The notes under the pieces are model-generated. The model ran no database searches. It saw nothing but the letters and a program-made list of their open reading frames with translations, and was not told where the DNA came from. DNA of 64,000 nt from an uncultured Candidatus Binatia bacterium (GTDB lineage: Bacteria; Desulfobacterota; Binatia; UBA9968; JAJDTQ01). Made by a program: the position numbers and the translations under genes. Every line of letters begins with the position of its first letter. The stretch's first letter is position 1. The stretch covers positions 363,393 through 427,392 of the forward strand of contig OZ219754.1 in assembly GCA_964291295.2 (NCBI GenBank), read 5' to 3'. Of this stretch, positions 49,899-61,328 are shown piece after piece.

Positions 49899-50285
49899 CT
49901 ACTCCTTCCGGGTGGTCAACTCGATCTTGTAGCCGTCGGGGTCCTCGACGAATGCGATGACGCCGCCGCCGTGTTTCATGGGGCCGGCGTCGCGCGTAAT
50001 CCGGACCCCCTTCCGGCGCAGGTCGTCGCAGGTGGCGTACACGTCGGGCACCCCGATGGCGATGTGTCCGAAGCCGTCGCCGATATTGTACTCGTGGGTG
50101 TCCCAGTTGCAGGTCAGCTCGATGACCGCCGTATCGTCCTCGGAGCCGTACCCCACGAAAGTATTGGTGAAGCGGCCGGACTCGTAGTCCTTTCTCTTCA
50201 GCACCCGCATCCCCAGTCCGTCGCAATAGAACTTGAGGCTCTCGTCCAGATGGCCGACCCGAAGCATGGTGTGCACGATTCTCAT
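49899..50285 (-). CDS. gloA: Lactoylglutathione lyase (glyoxalase I)
   Basis: MRIVHTMLRVGHLDESLKFY...GFGHIAIGVPD...AFVEDPDGYKIEL is canonical GloA. Confidence 0.9.
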   Translation of the reverse strand: MRIVHTMLRVGHLDESLKFYCDGLGMRVLKRKDYESGRFTNTFVGYGSEDDTAVIELTCNWDTHEYNIGDGFGHIAIGVPDVYATCDDLRRKGVRITRDAGPMKHGGGVIAFVEDPDGYKIELTTRKE

Positions 50286-50962
50286 CCCATTCTCCTCTCC
50301 CGGTCTCCTTTCTCGGGACCGACATCCCCACCCCCGGGGCGCACGGCCTGGTGGCGAAACGGCGCGGGGCGGGCCACCGCCTCCCGAATCTCCCAGCCCC
50401 CGGATGGGGTGAAGCACAGGTGGCTGAAGTCGCAGGGCTTCAGGTGAAAGGTCCGGTACTGGTTCAACGGCGTCCGGCTGATGCGGCACAGCGTGGCAAG
50501 AATCGGGAAACTGTGGCTGACCACGACGATGGCGTCCTCGCCGTCGTGATTCTCCACGATGCGGTTGAGGGCGGACCAGACCCGGCGGTCCACGTCCATC
50601 AGCCGCTCTCCTCCCGGCAGCCGGACAGCCGCGGGTTCCGAGCGCCAGCGCTCGATGAACCCCTCGAACTTCTCCCGCACCTCGATGAACGTCAGGCCCT
50701 CCATCTCGCCGTGGTCGAGCTCGCGGAGGTCGGGCTCGATGTTCACGGGCGCCTCATGGGGCCGGCCGACGATCTCGGCGGTTTGCCGGGCGCGCCGCAG
50801 GTCGCTGGAGTAGACCGCATGGATACGGCGGCGGCTCAGATGCGCGGCGACCTCGCCGGCCTGCCGGTGGCCGGTCTCGTTGAGATCGATGTCCGAGCTC
50901 CCCTGGCATCGACCCTGCCGATTCCAGTCGGTCTCGCCGTGGCGTAGCAGGAAGATCTGCAT
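50282..50962 (-). CDS. Histidine phosphatase (phosphoglycerate mutase) family protein
   Basis: LLRHGETDWN catalytic motif. The stop overlaps the gloA start (ATGA). Confidence 0.8.
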   Translation of the reverse strand: MQIFLLRHGETDWNRQGRCQGSSDIDLNETGHRQAGEVAAHLSRRRIHAVYSSDLRRARQTAEIVGRPHEAPVNIEPDLRELDHGEMEGLTFIEVREKFEGFIERWRSEPAAVRLPGGERLMDVDRRVWSALNRIVENHDGEDAIVVVSHSFPILATLCRISRTPLNQYRTFHLKPCDFSHLCFTPSGGWEIREAVARPAPFRHQAVRPGGGDVGPEKGDRERRMG

Positions 50963-50970
50963 GCGGCGCG

Positions 50971-52869
50971 TCAGATGAACTCCGGATGGATCTCTATCCG
51001 CGCGTTGGCCTTCAGGTTCTCCACCAGCCGTCTCAACGCCCGTTGCCGTTTCTCATCGCGCAGTTGCTGCGTCAGGTCCTCCTTCTCCTTGTCCAGATTG
51101 TCCAGATCCGCCTCGACGGTCTTCCTCAGCGCCATGACGTAGACCGCGTCGTTCTGGAGGTAGGCGGTCTCCACCACCGGCTTCCGCTCGGACACCGTGA
51201 GCCGTCCCAGGGGCAGCGGAAGGATGCCTATCTCGGGAATCTCCGTCCGAGCGCGCGGGAACAGGCCGGTGTCCTCCACCTGGAGCCCGTGGGCCGCCGC
51301 CACCTTTGCCAGATCCCGCTCCGCCTTGAGTTCCGCCAGCAGCGCGTCTCCCTTCTCCTGCGCCCGCTCCCGCGCCTTCCTCCGGACCAGAGTCTCCCGA
51401 ATCCTCTCCTTCACCTCTTCCAACGGCGGAACCACGGGTTCGATGCGCTGGACCACGTCCATCAGATAGAGCGCGTCGGGCGCCAGGATGACGGGACCCG
51501 CCGCACCGGGCTTGAGCGACAGGGCCGCGCGGTAAAAATCCTCCACGCCGCCAATCTCGTCCAGCGTCTCGCCCTCGCTGAAAAGGGCCGTCTCCGACAA
51601 CGCGATCCCCCGCTTCAAAGCCACGTCCGCCAACGGCACACCGTCCAGGATCCTTTCGCGGTCTTCTTCCGCCGCCCGTGCCGCCGCAGAGGCGCCGCGC
51701 TCACTCCTGAGGGTCTCGACGATCTGTTCCCTCACTTCCTCAAGCGCCATCACCTCGTCCGCCCGCTTCTCCACCGCTTTCAAAAGGTACACACCGGACG
51801 CGCTTTCGACCACCTCGCTCACCTCGCCCTCCTCCAGCGCGAAGAGAGCCGTGTCCAGCTCCGACATCAGTTGGCCCCGGCCCACGAAGCCCATGTCGCC
51901 GCCCTGGGCGGCGCTGGCGTCCCCGGAGTGCTGCCTGGCCAGTTCGGCGAAGTCCGCCCCCGCACGGACGTCCCGAAGGATCGCTTCCAGCTGCCCGCGC
52001 GCCGCCTCCTTGTCCTCCGACGTGGTTCCTTCCGGCACCGGGATATGGATCTGGCTGAACTTCACCGCCTCCTGCCGGCGGAACCGGCGGTCACTGTAGA
52101 CGTCGTAGTAGGACCGGACATCCTCGTCCGAAACCTCGACGCCGGAGGAGAAGTCCTCCACGCGATACGCCATGTACCGTGCCTTGGCCTTGAGGGGTTC
52201 CCGCAGGAGCGCGCCGTTGCCGTCGTAATAGGTCTTGATCTCTTCGTCGGAAACCTCGACGCCCTCGACGAAATCATCGGTCTTGAGCCTGACGAAATCC
52301 AGCGCGATCTCCTCCTTGTCCACACGGTAGCGTTCTTCGACCTCGGCAGCCGTAACCGGAATGGAGTGTTGGACAATATCCTGGAGCTTCTGGATGGTCA
52401 GGGACTCGCGCTGCCGGGCCTCGAACTCTTCGGGCGTCAATCCCTGTACCCGGAGTGTGTACTCGTAGACGTTCTTGTCGAATCGGCCTCCGGACTGGAA
52501 CGCCGGGTTGCGCGCAATCCCCTCCGCCAGCTCCTCGTCGGTCACCTGCAGGCCCAGTTCGTGGGCCGCCTGCAGCAACAGCCGCTGCTGGATCAGATCC
52601 TCCAGCAGTTGGCCCCTGAGATTGAGCGCCTCGATCTCGGCGGGCGAGAGCCTTCCCCCGGACATCTGCCGGTACATCTGAAGCATTCTGTAGTATTGCC
52701 GTTCGAGTTCCGTGTAGGTGATCTTCTGCCCGTTCACTTCGGCGATGGTGACCACCCGATCCTGTCCTCCCTGGGGGCCGACGCCCACCATGACGAAGGC
52801 CAGCACGCCGATGCCGAGCAACAGGAGCACTATCCACGACCGTTTTCTCTTTCGCAGCACGTCAAGCAT
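50971..52869 (-). CDS. ppiD: Periplasmic chaperone/peptidyl-prolyl isomerase PpiD-like
   Basis: N-terminal TM anchor, SurA_N-like region, and a parvulin-like segment (...FAELARQHSGDASAAQGGDMGFVGRGQL...). Confidence 0.8.
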   Translation of the reverse strand: MLDVLRKRKRSWIVLLLLGIGVLAFVMVGVGPQGGQDRVVTIAEVNGQKITYTELERQYYRMLQMYRQMSGGRLSPAEIEALNLRGQLLEDLIQQRLLLQAAHELGLQVTDEELAEGIARNPAFQSGGRFDKNVYEYTLRVQGLTPEEFEARQRESLTIQKLQDIVQHSIPVTAAEVEERYRVDKEEIALDFVRLKTDDFVEGVEVSDEEIKTYYDGNGALLREPLKAKARYMAYRVEDFSSGVEVSDEDVRSYYDVYSDRRFRRQEAVKFSQIHIPVPEGTTSEDKEAARGQLEAILRDVRAGADFAELARQHSGDASAAQGGDMGFVGRGQLMSELDTALFALEEGEVSEVVESASGVYLLKAVEKRADEVMALEEVREQIVETLRSERGASAAARAAEEDRERILDGVPLADVALKRGIALSETALFSEGETLDEIGGVEDFYRAALSLKPGAAGPVILAPDALYLMDVVQRIEPVVPPLEEVKERIRETLVRRKARERAQEKGDALLAELKAERDLAKVAAAHGLQVEDTGLFPRARTEIPEIGILPLPLGRLTVSERKPVVETAYLQNDAVYVMALRKTVEADLDNLDKEKEDLTQQLRDEKRQRALRRLVENLKANARIEIHPEFI

Positions 52870-53057
52870 GTTCGCAACGCTCCAGAAAAGTTCGCAACAC
52901 TCCTCGGATCAAGGCCGGTGCGCCCGCGGGCCGGCCGGTCAGGCCGGGAACAGGCCCTTGTGACAGGGCTCTCATTATAGGCAGCCCGCGTGCTCAAGGG
53001 AAGGGCGGGGACGGTGGTTCCCTTTGTTGTAGGACGGGTGCGGTTCTGATATCTTGA

Positions 53058-54131
<1,074 letters not shown>

Positions 54132-54146
54132 ACACCGAGTCTATCC

Positions 54147-55130
54147 GTGCCCGCAGCCAGGACAGGAAACACTGCGGATTCACGCAGGTCGTCTGAGCAC
54201 CTCGCCGACCCCCGAGAGCAGGACACTCGATTCGGCAAGGCCCGTCTTCTCACCCTCAACCTGCTGCGCCGGCACCGGATTCCCATCCACGGCCTGCTGG
54301 CCCTGGCCCTGGCCTTCTACGTCGTCACCGTTTCGTCCACCCATTCCGACAAGGGCGAACCCGTCACCCGGCTCCTGTCGCAGGCCATGATACCGCTCAA
54401 GAAGTCGCTCCACGCGGTGGGCGCCGCGGTCCACCACCTGCAGCGCAACTACGTGGACCTGAAGGATCTGTGGAACGAGAACCGGGCCCTCAAGGAACAG
54501 ATCGCCACCCTTGAGGCCGAACGCAACCGGCTCTTCGAAGCCAAGCTCGCGAACGACCGCCTGACCGAACTGCTGGAGATCCGGACACGGATACTGAGGG
54601 AATCCGTCGCCGCCACGGTGATCAGCCACAGTCCGAGCAGCTGGTTCCGCACCGTCACGGTGGACAAGGGAAGTCATGCGGGTATTCATCGCGGCATGGC
54701 GGTCATCACGCCCCGGGGCGTGGTCGGCAAGGTCGTGTCCGTGGAGGGCGACACCGCCAAGGTCATGTTGCTGACGGACCACATGAGCGGGCTCGACGTC
54801 ATCACGCAGCGGACCCGGGTGCGCGGCATCGTCTCCGGATCGGTGGACGGCGGGCCCATCGTGAAGTACATGGGCCGCAACGAGGATGTCCGTCCCGGCG
54901 ACCGGCTCATCACATCGGGGCTCGACGGGACCTTCCCCAAGGGACTTCTGGTGGGCACCATCGTCGACATCGCGGACGACGAGCCCGGACTCTTCCGTCG
55001 GGTGAGGGTCTCGCTGGCCGTGGACCCGCTGGTGATGGAGGAGGTGCTGTTCGTTTCCGACAAACCCAGGCCAGCGGTCTCCTCCGCACCGGAGAGGGGC
55101 CGGGAACAGGCACGGTCGGCGACCCCGTGA
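54147..55130 (+). CDS. mreC: Rod shape-determining protein MreC
   Basis: TM anchor, coiled coil (...ENRALKEQIATLEAE...), and beta domains (...GMAVITPRGVVGKV...ITSGLDGTFPKGLLVG). The GTG start is uncertain. Confidence 0.8.
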   Translation: MPAARTGNTADSRRSSEHLADPREQDTRFGKARLLTLNLLRRHRIPIHGLLALALAFYVVTVSSTHSDKGEPVTRLLSQAMIPLKKSLHAVGAAVHHLQRNYVDLKDLWNENRALKEQIATLEAERNRLFEAKLANDRLTELLEIRTRILRESVAATVISHSPSSWFRTVTVDKGSHAGIHRGMAVITPRGVVGKVVSVEGDTAKVMLLTDHMSGLDVITQRTRVRGIVSGSVDGGPIVKYMGRNEDVRPGDRLITSGLDGTFPKGLLVGTIVDIADDEPGLFRRVRVSLAVDPLVMEEVLFVSDKPRPAVSSAPERGREQARSATP

Positions 55131-55651
55131 ACGTGTCGCTGGTCTTTTTCGGCATCGGCCTGGTCTTCGTCCTCCTGCAGGCCACGGTGCTGCACCTGGC
55201 GAGCTGGACGCCCACCATTCCCGACCTGACCCTGATCCTCTGCGTCTACTGGACCCTCAACCGCCCTCGGGCCGAGGCCGTCTGGGCCACGTTCCTGTTG
55301 GGATACGCCATCGACATCCTGTCGAGTCCCCAACCGGGCGCCAACGCCCTGGCCTTCACCGTGGTCTTCCTGGCGGCATACGCGGTCTTCCGCTACATCT
55401 GGACCAGCGGCGTTCTGATCCACGCCGCCACCGTGTTCCTGGCCGTCTGGCTGAAGGTCGGTACGCTGATCGTCGTTTCGCCGCTGTTCGAGTTGTCCGC
55501 GGGCGGTTGGGTGGTGGTCGCCGAATCCATCTTCCGGGAAGCCTTCTTCTCCGCTTGTATCGCCCCACTGCTGTTCGTACCGCTCCGCTCCATCCAGACC
55601 CGCATGGACACCGTGGGAAGACCGTCCTTCCTTGCCAATGCCGCCGGTTAG
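55127..55651 (+). CDS. mreD: Rod shape-determining protein MreD
   Basis: Polytopic 174-aa membrane protein. Its GTG overlaps the mreC stop (GTGA), and it occupies the mreD position in the operon. Confidence 0.7.
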   Translation: MNVSLVFFGIGLVFVLLQATVLHLASWTPTIPDLTLILCVYWTLNRPRAEAVWATFLLGYAIDILSSPQPGANALAFTVVFLAAYAVFRYIWTSGVLIHAATVFLAVWLKVGTLIVVSPLFELSAGGWVVVAESIFREAFFSACIAPLLFVPLRSIQTRMDTVGRPSFLANAAG

Positions 55652-57530
55652 GCCCACCTCCCGGACCTGGATCGAGTTTCGCGGCCGGATACGCCTCTTC
55701 GGGCTGTTGATCCTGCTGGTTTTCGCTTTCATCTCCTACCGCCTGTGGACCCTCCAGATCCTGCAGGGCAAGCGTTACACGGTCATGTCCGAACACAACC
55801 GGATCCGCCTGGTGCGCGTTCCCGCGGTTCGCGGCATGGTGTTCGACCGCAAGCATCGGCTGCTGATCGACAGCCGGCCTTCCTTCGACGTGCGCTACGT
55901 GCCCGAGGACCCGGAGCACCGGGAAACCACCCTGCGGCGACTCGCGCGCATGATCGATGGCGACAGCGCGCGCTTCCTGGAAGCCGTCCGCCACGCCCAA
56001 GAGGGCTCCAGGACGGGCGTCACGCTCGTTCGCGACGTGGATTGGCCGTCCGTGGTGGCGGTGGATGCGCATCGGCTGGAGCTTCCGGGAGTGTACGTGA
56101 GCGTCAAGGCCCGCCGCAGCTATCGGACCAACGGGATGGCCTCCCACCTGTTCGGCTACATGGGGGAGATCAACACCGGGCAGTTGCATCGACTCCGCAG
56201 ACAGGGCTACCGGCGCGGAGACGAAATCGGGCAGGCCGGCCTCGAAAAGAAATGGCAGCAGCATCTGGCCGGGCGCAGCGGAGGGGAAAAGGTGGAGGTC
56301 GACGCCACGGGCCGAAAGGTCCGCGTGATCGACCGGCACAAGGCGACGCCGGGGCACAACATCGTGCTGACTCTCGACCGGGACACCCAGCGAGCCGCCT
56401 ACGACGCACTGAAGGGGAAGGAGGGCGCCATCGTCGTCCTCGACGTGAATACCGGCGCGGTGCGGGCCATGGTGAGCACTCCCGCCTTCGACCCCAACGC
56501 GTTCGCCCGCGGCATGACGATCGCGGAGTGGCGTCGGATGATGGCCGACGACGAGACCCCGCTGCACAACAGGGCGTTGCAGGGGCATTTCCCGCCCGGC
56601 TCGACGTTCAAGATCGTCACCGCGTTGGCCGCCTTGCAGGAAGGCGTGATCTCACCGGACCAACGGCTGTTCTGCGACGGCACCTACAAGGTGGGCAACC
56701 GCGTGCTCCGGGACTGGAAGCGTGACGGACACGGCCCCATCGCCATGCGCCAAGCCCTGGCGCAGTCGTGCGACGTCTACTTCTACCAGTTGGGGCAGCG
56801 GCTCGGCGTCGACAAGATAGCCGCGTACGCGCGCCGCTTCGGACTCGGCGCACCCACCGGCATCGACCTTGAGGGCGAAAACCCCGGACTGGTTCCCGAC
56901 CGGGCATGGAAACGGAAGCGTTACGGGGAGCCGTGGTTTCCCGGAGAGACGCCCTTGGTGGCCATCGGCCAAGGTTACATCGGGGTGACCCCGCTGCAGA
57001 TGGCCAGCATGATGGCCACCTTGGCCAACGGTGGAACGGTGTACCGTCCATGGTTCGTGAAACAGGTCCGGTCCGCGGACGGCACGGTGATGAAAGAATA
57101 CGGTCCGGTCCGCACCGGCAGCGTGGCCCTGAAGGAAGCGAACATGGCCATCGTGCGCCGGGCGCTGTTCGAAGTGGTCCATGGAAGGCGCGGCACGGGC
57201 AGGCGGGCGCGCTCGAAGACCGTCGACATCGCGGGAAAGACCGGGACCGCCCAAGTGGTGGAGATGCGCGGCAAGGTCGTCAAGAGCGAGGACCTGCCCT
57301 ACGAGGTCCGGGATCACGCGTGGTTCGTGGCCTATGCCCCGGCCGAGGATGCCGAGATAGCGGTGGCGACCCTGGTGGAGCACGGCGGACACGGCGGCGC
57401 CACGGCCGCGCCCATCACCCGAAAGGTCATGGAGGCCTGGTTCGGCAACCAGGGTGAGGATCTGGAGAATCCGGAAGCGCCGGCCGGTGTCACCGGCCGC
57501 GCCCCCCCCCGGCAGGATCATGCAAATTGA
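55638..57530 (+). CDS. mrdA: Penicillin-binding protein 2 (elongasome transpeptidase)
   Basis: Transpeptidase motifs STFK and KTGTA. It begins with an N-terminal TM segment and RGMVFDR... Confidence 0.9.
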   Translation: MPPVRPTSRTWIEFRGRIRLFGLLILLVFAFISYRLWTLQILQGKRYTVMSEHNRIRLVRVPAVRGMVFDRKHRLLIDSRPSFDVRYVPEDPEHRETTLRRLARMIDGDSARFLEAVRHAQEGSRTGVTLVRDVDWPSVVAVDAHRLELPGVYVSVKARRSYRTNGMASHLFGYMGEINTGQLHRLRRQGYRRGDEIGQAGLEKKWQQHLAGRSGGEKVEVDATGRKVRVIDRHKATPGHNIVLTLDRDTQRAAYDALKGKEGAIVVLDVNTGAVRAMVSTPAFDPNAFARGMTIAEWRRMMADDETPLHNRALQGHFPPGSTFKIVTALAALQEGVISPDQRLFCDGTYKVGNRVLRDWKRDGHGPIAMRQALAQSCDVYFYQLGQRLGVDKIAAYARRFGLGAPTGIDLEGENPGLVPDRAWKRKRYGEPWFPGETPLVAIGQGYIGVTPLQMASMMATLANGGTVYRPWFVKQVRSADGTVMKEYGPVRTGSVALKEANMAIVRRALFEVVHGRRGTGRRARSKTVDIAGKTGTAQVVEMRGKVVKSEDLPYEVRDHAWFVAYAPAEDAEIAVATLVEHGGHGGATAAPITRKVMEAWFGNQGEDLENPEAPAGVTGRAPPRQDHAN

Positions 57531-58638
57531 CCGCCGGCTGGTGGTCAGCTTCGACTGGCCCTTGTTGCTCCTGACCGTGGGGTTGGCCCTGCTGGGCATC
57601 TTGACCATCTACAGCGCCACGTGCGGCGTCGACGAGGAGTGCCCGCGCCATCTGGCCACCCGGCAGTCCTACTGGCTCGTCATCGGCCTTGTGCTGATGG
57701 TGGCGAGCTTCTCCGTGGACTATCAGTACCTGAACCGCTGGGCGTTCCCGCTCTACATCGCGGTGGTCATCCTCCTGGCCCTGGTACTGGTGGTCGGTGT
57801 CACCAGCGGAGGCTCGCAACGATGGCTGGACATGAAGTTCTTCTCGCTCCAGCCCTCGGAGCTTGCCAAGCTGGTGCTGGTGCTGGTGCTGGCCAAGACG
57901 CTGTGCTACCACGAGCCCGGATATCCGCTCATCGTCCTGGGGATCCCGCTGATGCTGTGCGCACCGGTGCTTGCCTTGGTGCTGCTGCAGCCGGACCTGG
58001 GCACCGCCGTGCTGCTCTTTCTCATCGCCGTGGCCGTCGTGGTCATGGCCGGACTGCGCCTGCGGTCGCTGTTGTACTCCGGCCTCGCGGTCATCGCCCT
58101 GCTGCCGACAGCGTGGCAGTTTCTGAAGCCGTACCAGAAGACCCGCATCTGGACCTTCATGAATCCGGAGTCGGACCCCTTGGGCGCCGGCTATCACGTG
58201 GTCCAGTCCAAGATCGCCATCGGTTCGGGCCGTCTCTGGGGCAAGGGCTATCTTCAGGGCAGTCAGAGCCGGCTGGAGTTTCTCCCCGAGCAGCACACGG
58301 ATTTCATCTTCGCCGTGTTCGCCGAGGAGTGGGGATTCTCGGGTTGCCTGCTGCTGCTGGCGGCGTACGCGTTGCTGTTCCTGCTCGCGCTCCGGGTCGT
58401 CCGGCGCGCCAAGGACCGCTTCGGCGTGCTGCTGGCCGTCGGCATGACCGCCATCCTGTTCTGGCAGTTCACCATCAACATCGGCATGGTCACGGGCCTC
58501 CTGCCGGTGGTGGGCATTCCGTTGCCGCTCATCAGCTACGGCGGATCCTCGCTGGTGACGACCCTGGTGGCCGTGGGGGTGCTCATCAGCATCAGCATGA
58601 GGCGCCACACGCGCCAGCCCGGCACCCCGGCAACATGA
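57520..58638 (+). CDS. rodA: Rod shape-determining protein RodA (SEDS family)
   Basis: FDWPLLLL..., QPSELAKL..., PEQHTDFIFAV... and PLISYGGSS motifs. Confidence 0.9.
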   Translation: MQIDRRLVVSFDWPLLLLTVGLALLGILTIYSATCGVDEECPRHLATRQSYWLVIGLVLMVASFSVDYQYLNRWAFPLYIAVVILLALVLVVGVTSGGSQRWLDMKFFSLQPSELAKLVLVLVLAKTLCYHEPGYPLIVLGIPLMLCAPVLALVLLQPDLGTAVLLFLIAVAVVVMAGLRLRSLLYSGLAVIALLPTAWQFLKPYQKTRIWTFMNPESDPLGAGYHVVQSKIAIGSGRLWGKGYLQGSQSRLEFLPEQHTDFIFAVFAEEWGFSGCLLLLAAYALLFLLALRVVRRAKDRFGVLLAVGMTAILFWQFTINIGMVTGLLPVVGIPLPLISYGGSSLVTTLVAVGVLISISMRRHTRQPGTPAT

Positions 58639-59493
58639 GCGGTCCACCGGTGGGACCGGACCGGGCGGTGTCTGGTTCAAGGACGCTGGAGCAACCGGGT
58701 CGAGCATTTCCCGCATCGCGGAATTCCGGACGAACACCGAACAGGTCATTCCACGTATGCCCGCGGCTTCGCCGAGAGTATTGACGAACTCCCTCCTCGA
58801 AGCCGCACGGAGAAACGGGCTCACCGTCCTCGAAGAACAGGCTCCGTGCTTCGATCGCGTTGAGAACGATATCTGCGAAAGTGTCGCCGGCCTGCGACTC
58901 TGCTATCTGGCGGCCCTTTTTCGATCTGGAAGGCATGGCGACGTAACGGACGGCATTTCACCATGTCCGGCGCGGTGCACCGGGACGGCCGGTGCGGAAC
59001 GCCGCTGGCACCACCGGGCTCATTCACCCATTCCGGCACGATTCCCTGTATCGGCGCGCGCCTCCGGCTTTCGGGTAGCGGTGCGGCCTGGGCCGGGTTT
59101 GCGGCGTTTCTGGCGGCCTCGCCGGCCGCCATGGCACAGACCCGCAATCCCGCCGGCACGGGCACCTTGCCGGCAGCCACCTGTGACGCCGCCTCCTACG
59201 CCAACGGCATCAGCTGCACGGGCATGAGAGGTGGCCTGACGCTGACCGTCGCGGCGCCGGACGGCGGAACCACGGTTACGGGCGAAGCGCACGGAATCCA
59301 GGCCAAGGACACCAACCGCGCACCGGGAGCGATCCCGGTTCGTCGAACGCGAGGCTTGCGAGCGCAGCGGCCGGTCGCAGGGGCAACCGGGGTCGCGGTC
59401 TCGTGGCGGTCTTCGCCGCTGCGCCAGGCTGAAAAACGTTACGCGATCGGGTACGCGAGCGGAGAGAATGGCCGTCGGGCGAAGCGGATCGTC

Positions 59494-59817
59494 CTAACCC
59501 AGGGCCTTGTCGATCTCGCTCACCAGTCGGGCCTTGGGGGCCGCACCCACGATCTGGCCCGAGAGGCTCCCTTCCTTGAAGATCATCAGGTTCGGAATTC
59601 CCCTCACGCCGTATCGGCCGGGCGTTTCGGGGTTTTCATCAACGTTGATCTTCACCACCTTGAGCCTGCCGTCGTACTCCCGCGCCAGTTCCTCCAGCAC
59701 CGGAGCAATGGACTTGCACGGGCCGCACCAGGGAGCCCAGAAATCCACCAGCACGGGCGTGGACGCGCGAATGACTTCCGCGTCGAACTCGTTGTCCGCT
59801 ACATGCGATATTTCCAT
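59494..59817 (-). CDS. trxA: Thioredoxin
   Basis: 107 aa with the WCGPC active site. Confidence 0.9.
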   Translation of the reverse strand: MEISHVADNEFDAEVIRASTPVLVDFWAPWCGPCKSIAPVLEELAREYDGRLKVVKINVDENPETPGRYGVRGIPNLMIFKEGSLSGQIVGAAPKARLVSEIDKALG

Positions 59818-59840
59818 GGAGAGGTGCCTCCCTTTCCCGT

Positions 59841-61319
59841 CTAGATTTCGGAGAGAAGATTCAACAGGGTCCGCACGCCGAACCCGGTGCCCCCTTTCGG
59901 GCACGTGACATGACCCTTGGCCGCAAATGCCGGTCCGGCGATGTCGAGATGCGCCCAAGGCGTCTCCCCCACGAATTCCTGCAGGAACAGGGCGGCCGTA
60001 ATGGCGCCGGCCGAACCCCCGCCGACATTCCGGATATCCGCGACCTGGCTCTTGATGTCCTCGCGGTACTCGGCCGCCAGCGGCAATCGCCAGAGGCCCT
60101 CGCCGGCGTCGCGGCCGCACTGCGCGAGCTTGCCGGCAAGCTCGTCGTCGTTGCTGAAGAGGCCCGCCAACTCATGACCCAGGGCCACGATGCAAGCGCC
60201 CGTGAGGGTCGCGAGATCGATCATGCAGTGGGGCTTTTCCCTGCTGGCCAGCGCCAGGGCATCGGCGAGGATCAGCCGGCCCTCGGCGTCGGTGTTCACC
60301 ACCTCGACTGTCTTGCCGTTCCGGTAGCGGATCACGTCCCCCGGTTTCTGCGCACCGCCGTCCGGCAGATTGTCGGTGGCCGGCACCAGGCCGAGCACCT
60401 CGATGCCGGGCGCGAGCTCAGGCAGCACGCTCATGACGCCGATAACCACGGCCGCCCCCGCCATGTCCAGTTTCATGGTCTCCATCGACCGTGCCGGCTT
60501 GAGGGAAAGGCCGCCGGAATCGAAAGTGATCCCCTTGCCCAGGAGCACCACCTTCTTCCGCGGCGAGCCTTTGGGCTTGTAACGCATGTGGATGAAGCGC
60601 GGCTCCTCCCGGCTCCCCTGGTTGACCGCCAGCAAGCCCGCCAGCCTCATCTGCTGGATCTTTCTCTTGCCCCACACATCCACCTTCAGGCCGTCGCCAC
60701 GGCAATGGGCCACAGCCTGCTCCGACAGGTAACTGGCGGTGGCGGTGGACGGCGGCTCGTTGACCAGATCCCGCGCCAGACACACCGCCGACGCCGACAG
60801 CCTGGCCCGACGCACCGCGCGGGACAGCCCGCCGGGCCTTCCCGACGCGGCCCGTCCGAGAACGAGGGTCCGCAACCCGCCCTGCGGCTTGCCGTTGGAG
60901 CGATATTTGGTGAAGCGGTAGGCGTTGAGCAGAGCTCCCTCGGCGACCGCTGCCACCACCGTTTCCGTCTGTTGATCCGGAGGCAGCATGAAGGTCGCCT
61001 CGTCGGCCCAGACCCGTGCGGCCTCCCTGGCAGCCGTGGCACCGGCCACGCGCCAGGTATGGACCCCCTCGTCTTCATGCCTGCCCAGTCCCACCAGCAG
61101 CACATGCCCGGCCGGCATCGCACCGTCGGTCGCCACCCGCAGCGAGGTTCCCCGTCTGGCGGTGAACCCGCTCCTTTTCACCAACGCGCCGAGCCGGCCC
61201 TTGAGCTGGCGGTCGAGGCGGCGCGCCAGACCGTCGTCGAGGCCCTTGTCGGTAACCGGCACCGCCAGCAGCGCGGTGCGGATCCGGGAAGGGGCGACCT
61301 CTTTCAGCCTGATCTCCAT
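59841..61319 (-). CDS. pepA: Leucyl aminopeptidase (M17)
   Basis: NTDAEGRLILADAL signature. Confidence 0.9.
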   Translation of the reverse strand: MEIRLKEVAPSRIRTALLAVPVTDKGLDDGLARRLDRQLKGRLGALVKRSGFTARRGTSLRVATDGAMPAGHVLLVGLGRHEDEGVHTWRVAGATAAREAARVWADEATFMLPPDQQTETVVAAVAEGALLNAYRFTKYRSNGKPQGGLRTLVLGRAASGRPGGLSRAVRRARLSASAVCLARDLVNEPPSTATASYLSEQAVAHCRGDGLKVDVWGKRKIQQMRLAGLLAVNQGSREEPRFIHMRYKPKGSPRKKVVLLGKGITFDSGGLSLKPARSMETMKLDMAGAAVVIGVMSVLPELAPGIEVLGLVPATDNLPDGGAQKPGDVIRYRNGKTVEVVNTDAEGRLILADALALASREKPHCMIDLATLTGACIVALGHELAGLFSNDDELAGKLAQCGRDAGEGLWRLPLAAEYREDIKSQVADIRNVGGGSAGAITAALFLQEFVGETPWAHLDIAGPAFAAKGHVTCPKGGTGFGVRTLLNLLSEI

Positions 61320-61328
61320 GGACGTCGG

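Noticed and set aside
58592-58936. 114-aa minus-strand ORF after rodA as a real gene
   Set aside because: It has no recognisable motif, its 3' end overlaps rodA, and its C-terminal half is low-complexity. It is kept only as part of the unexplained-gap finding.
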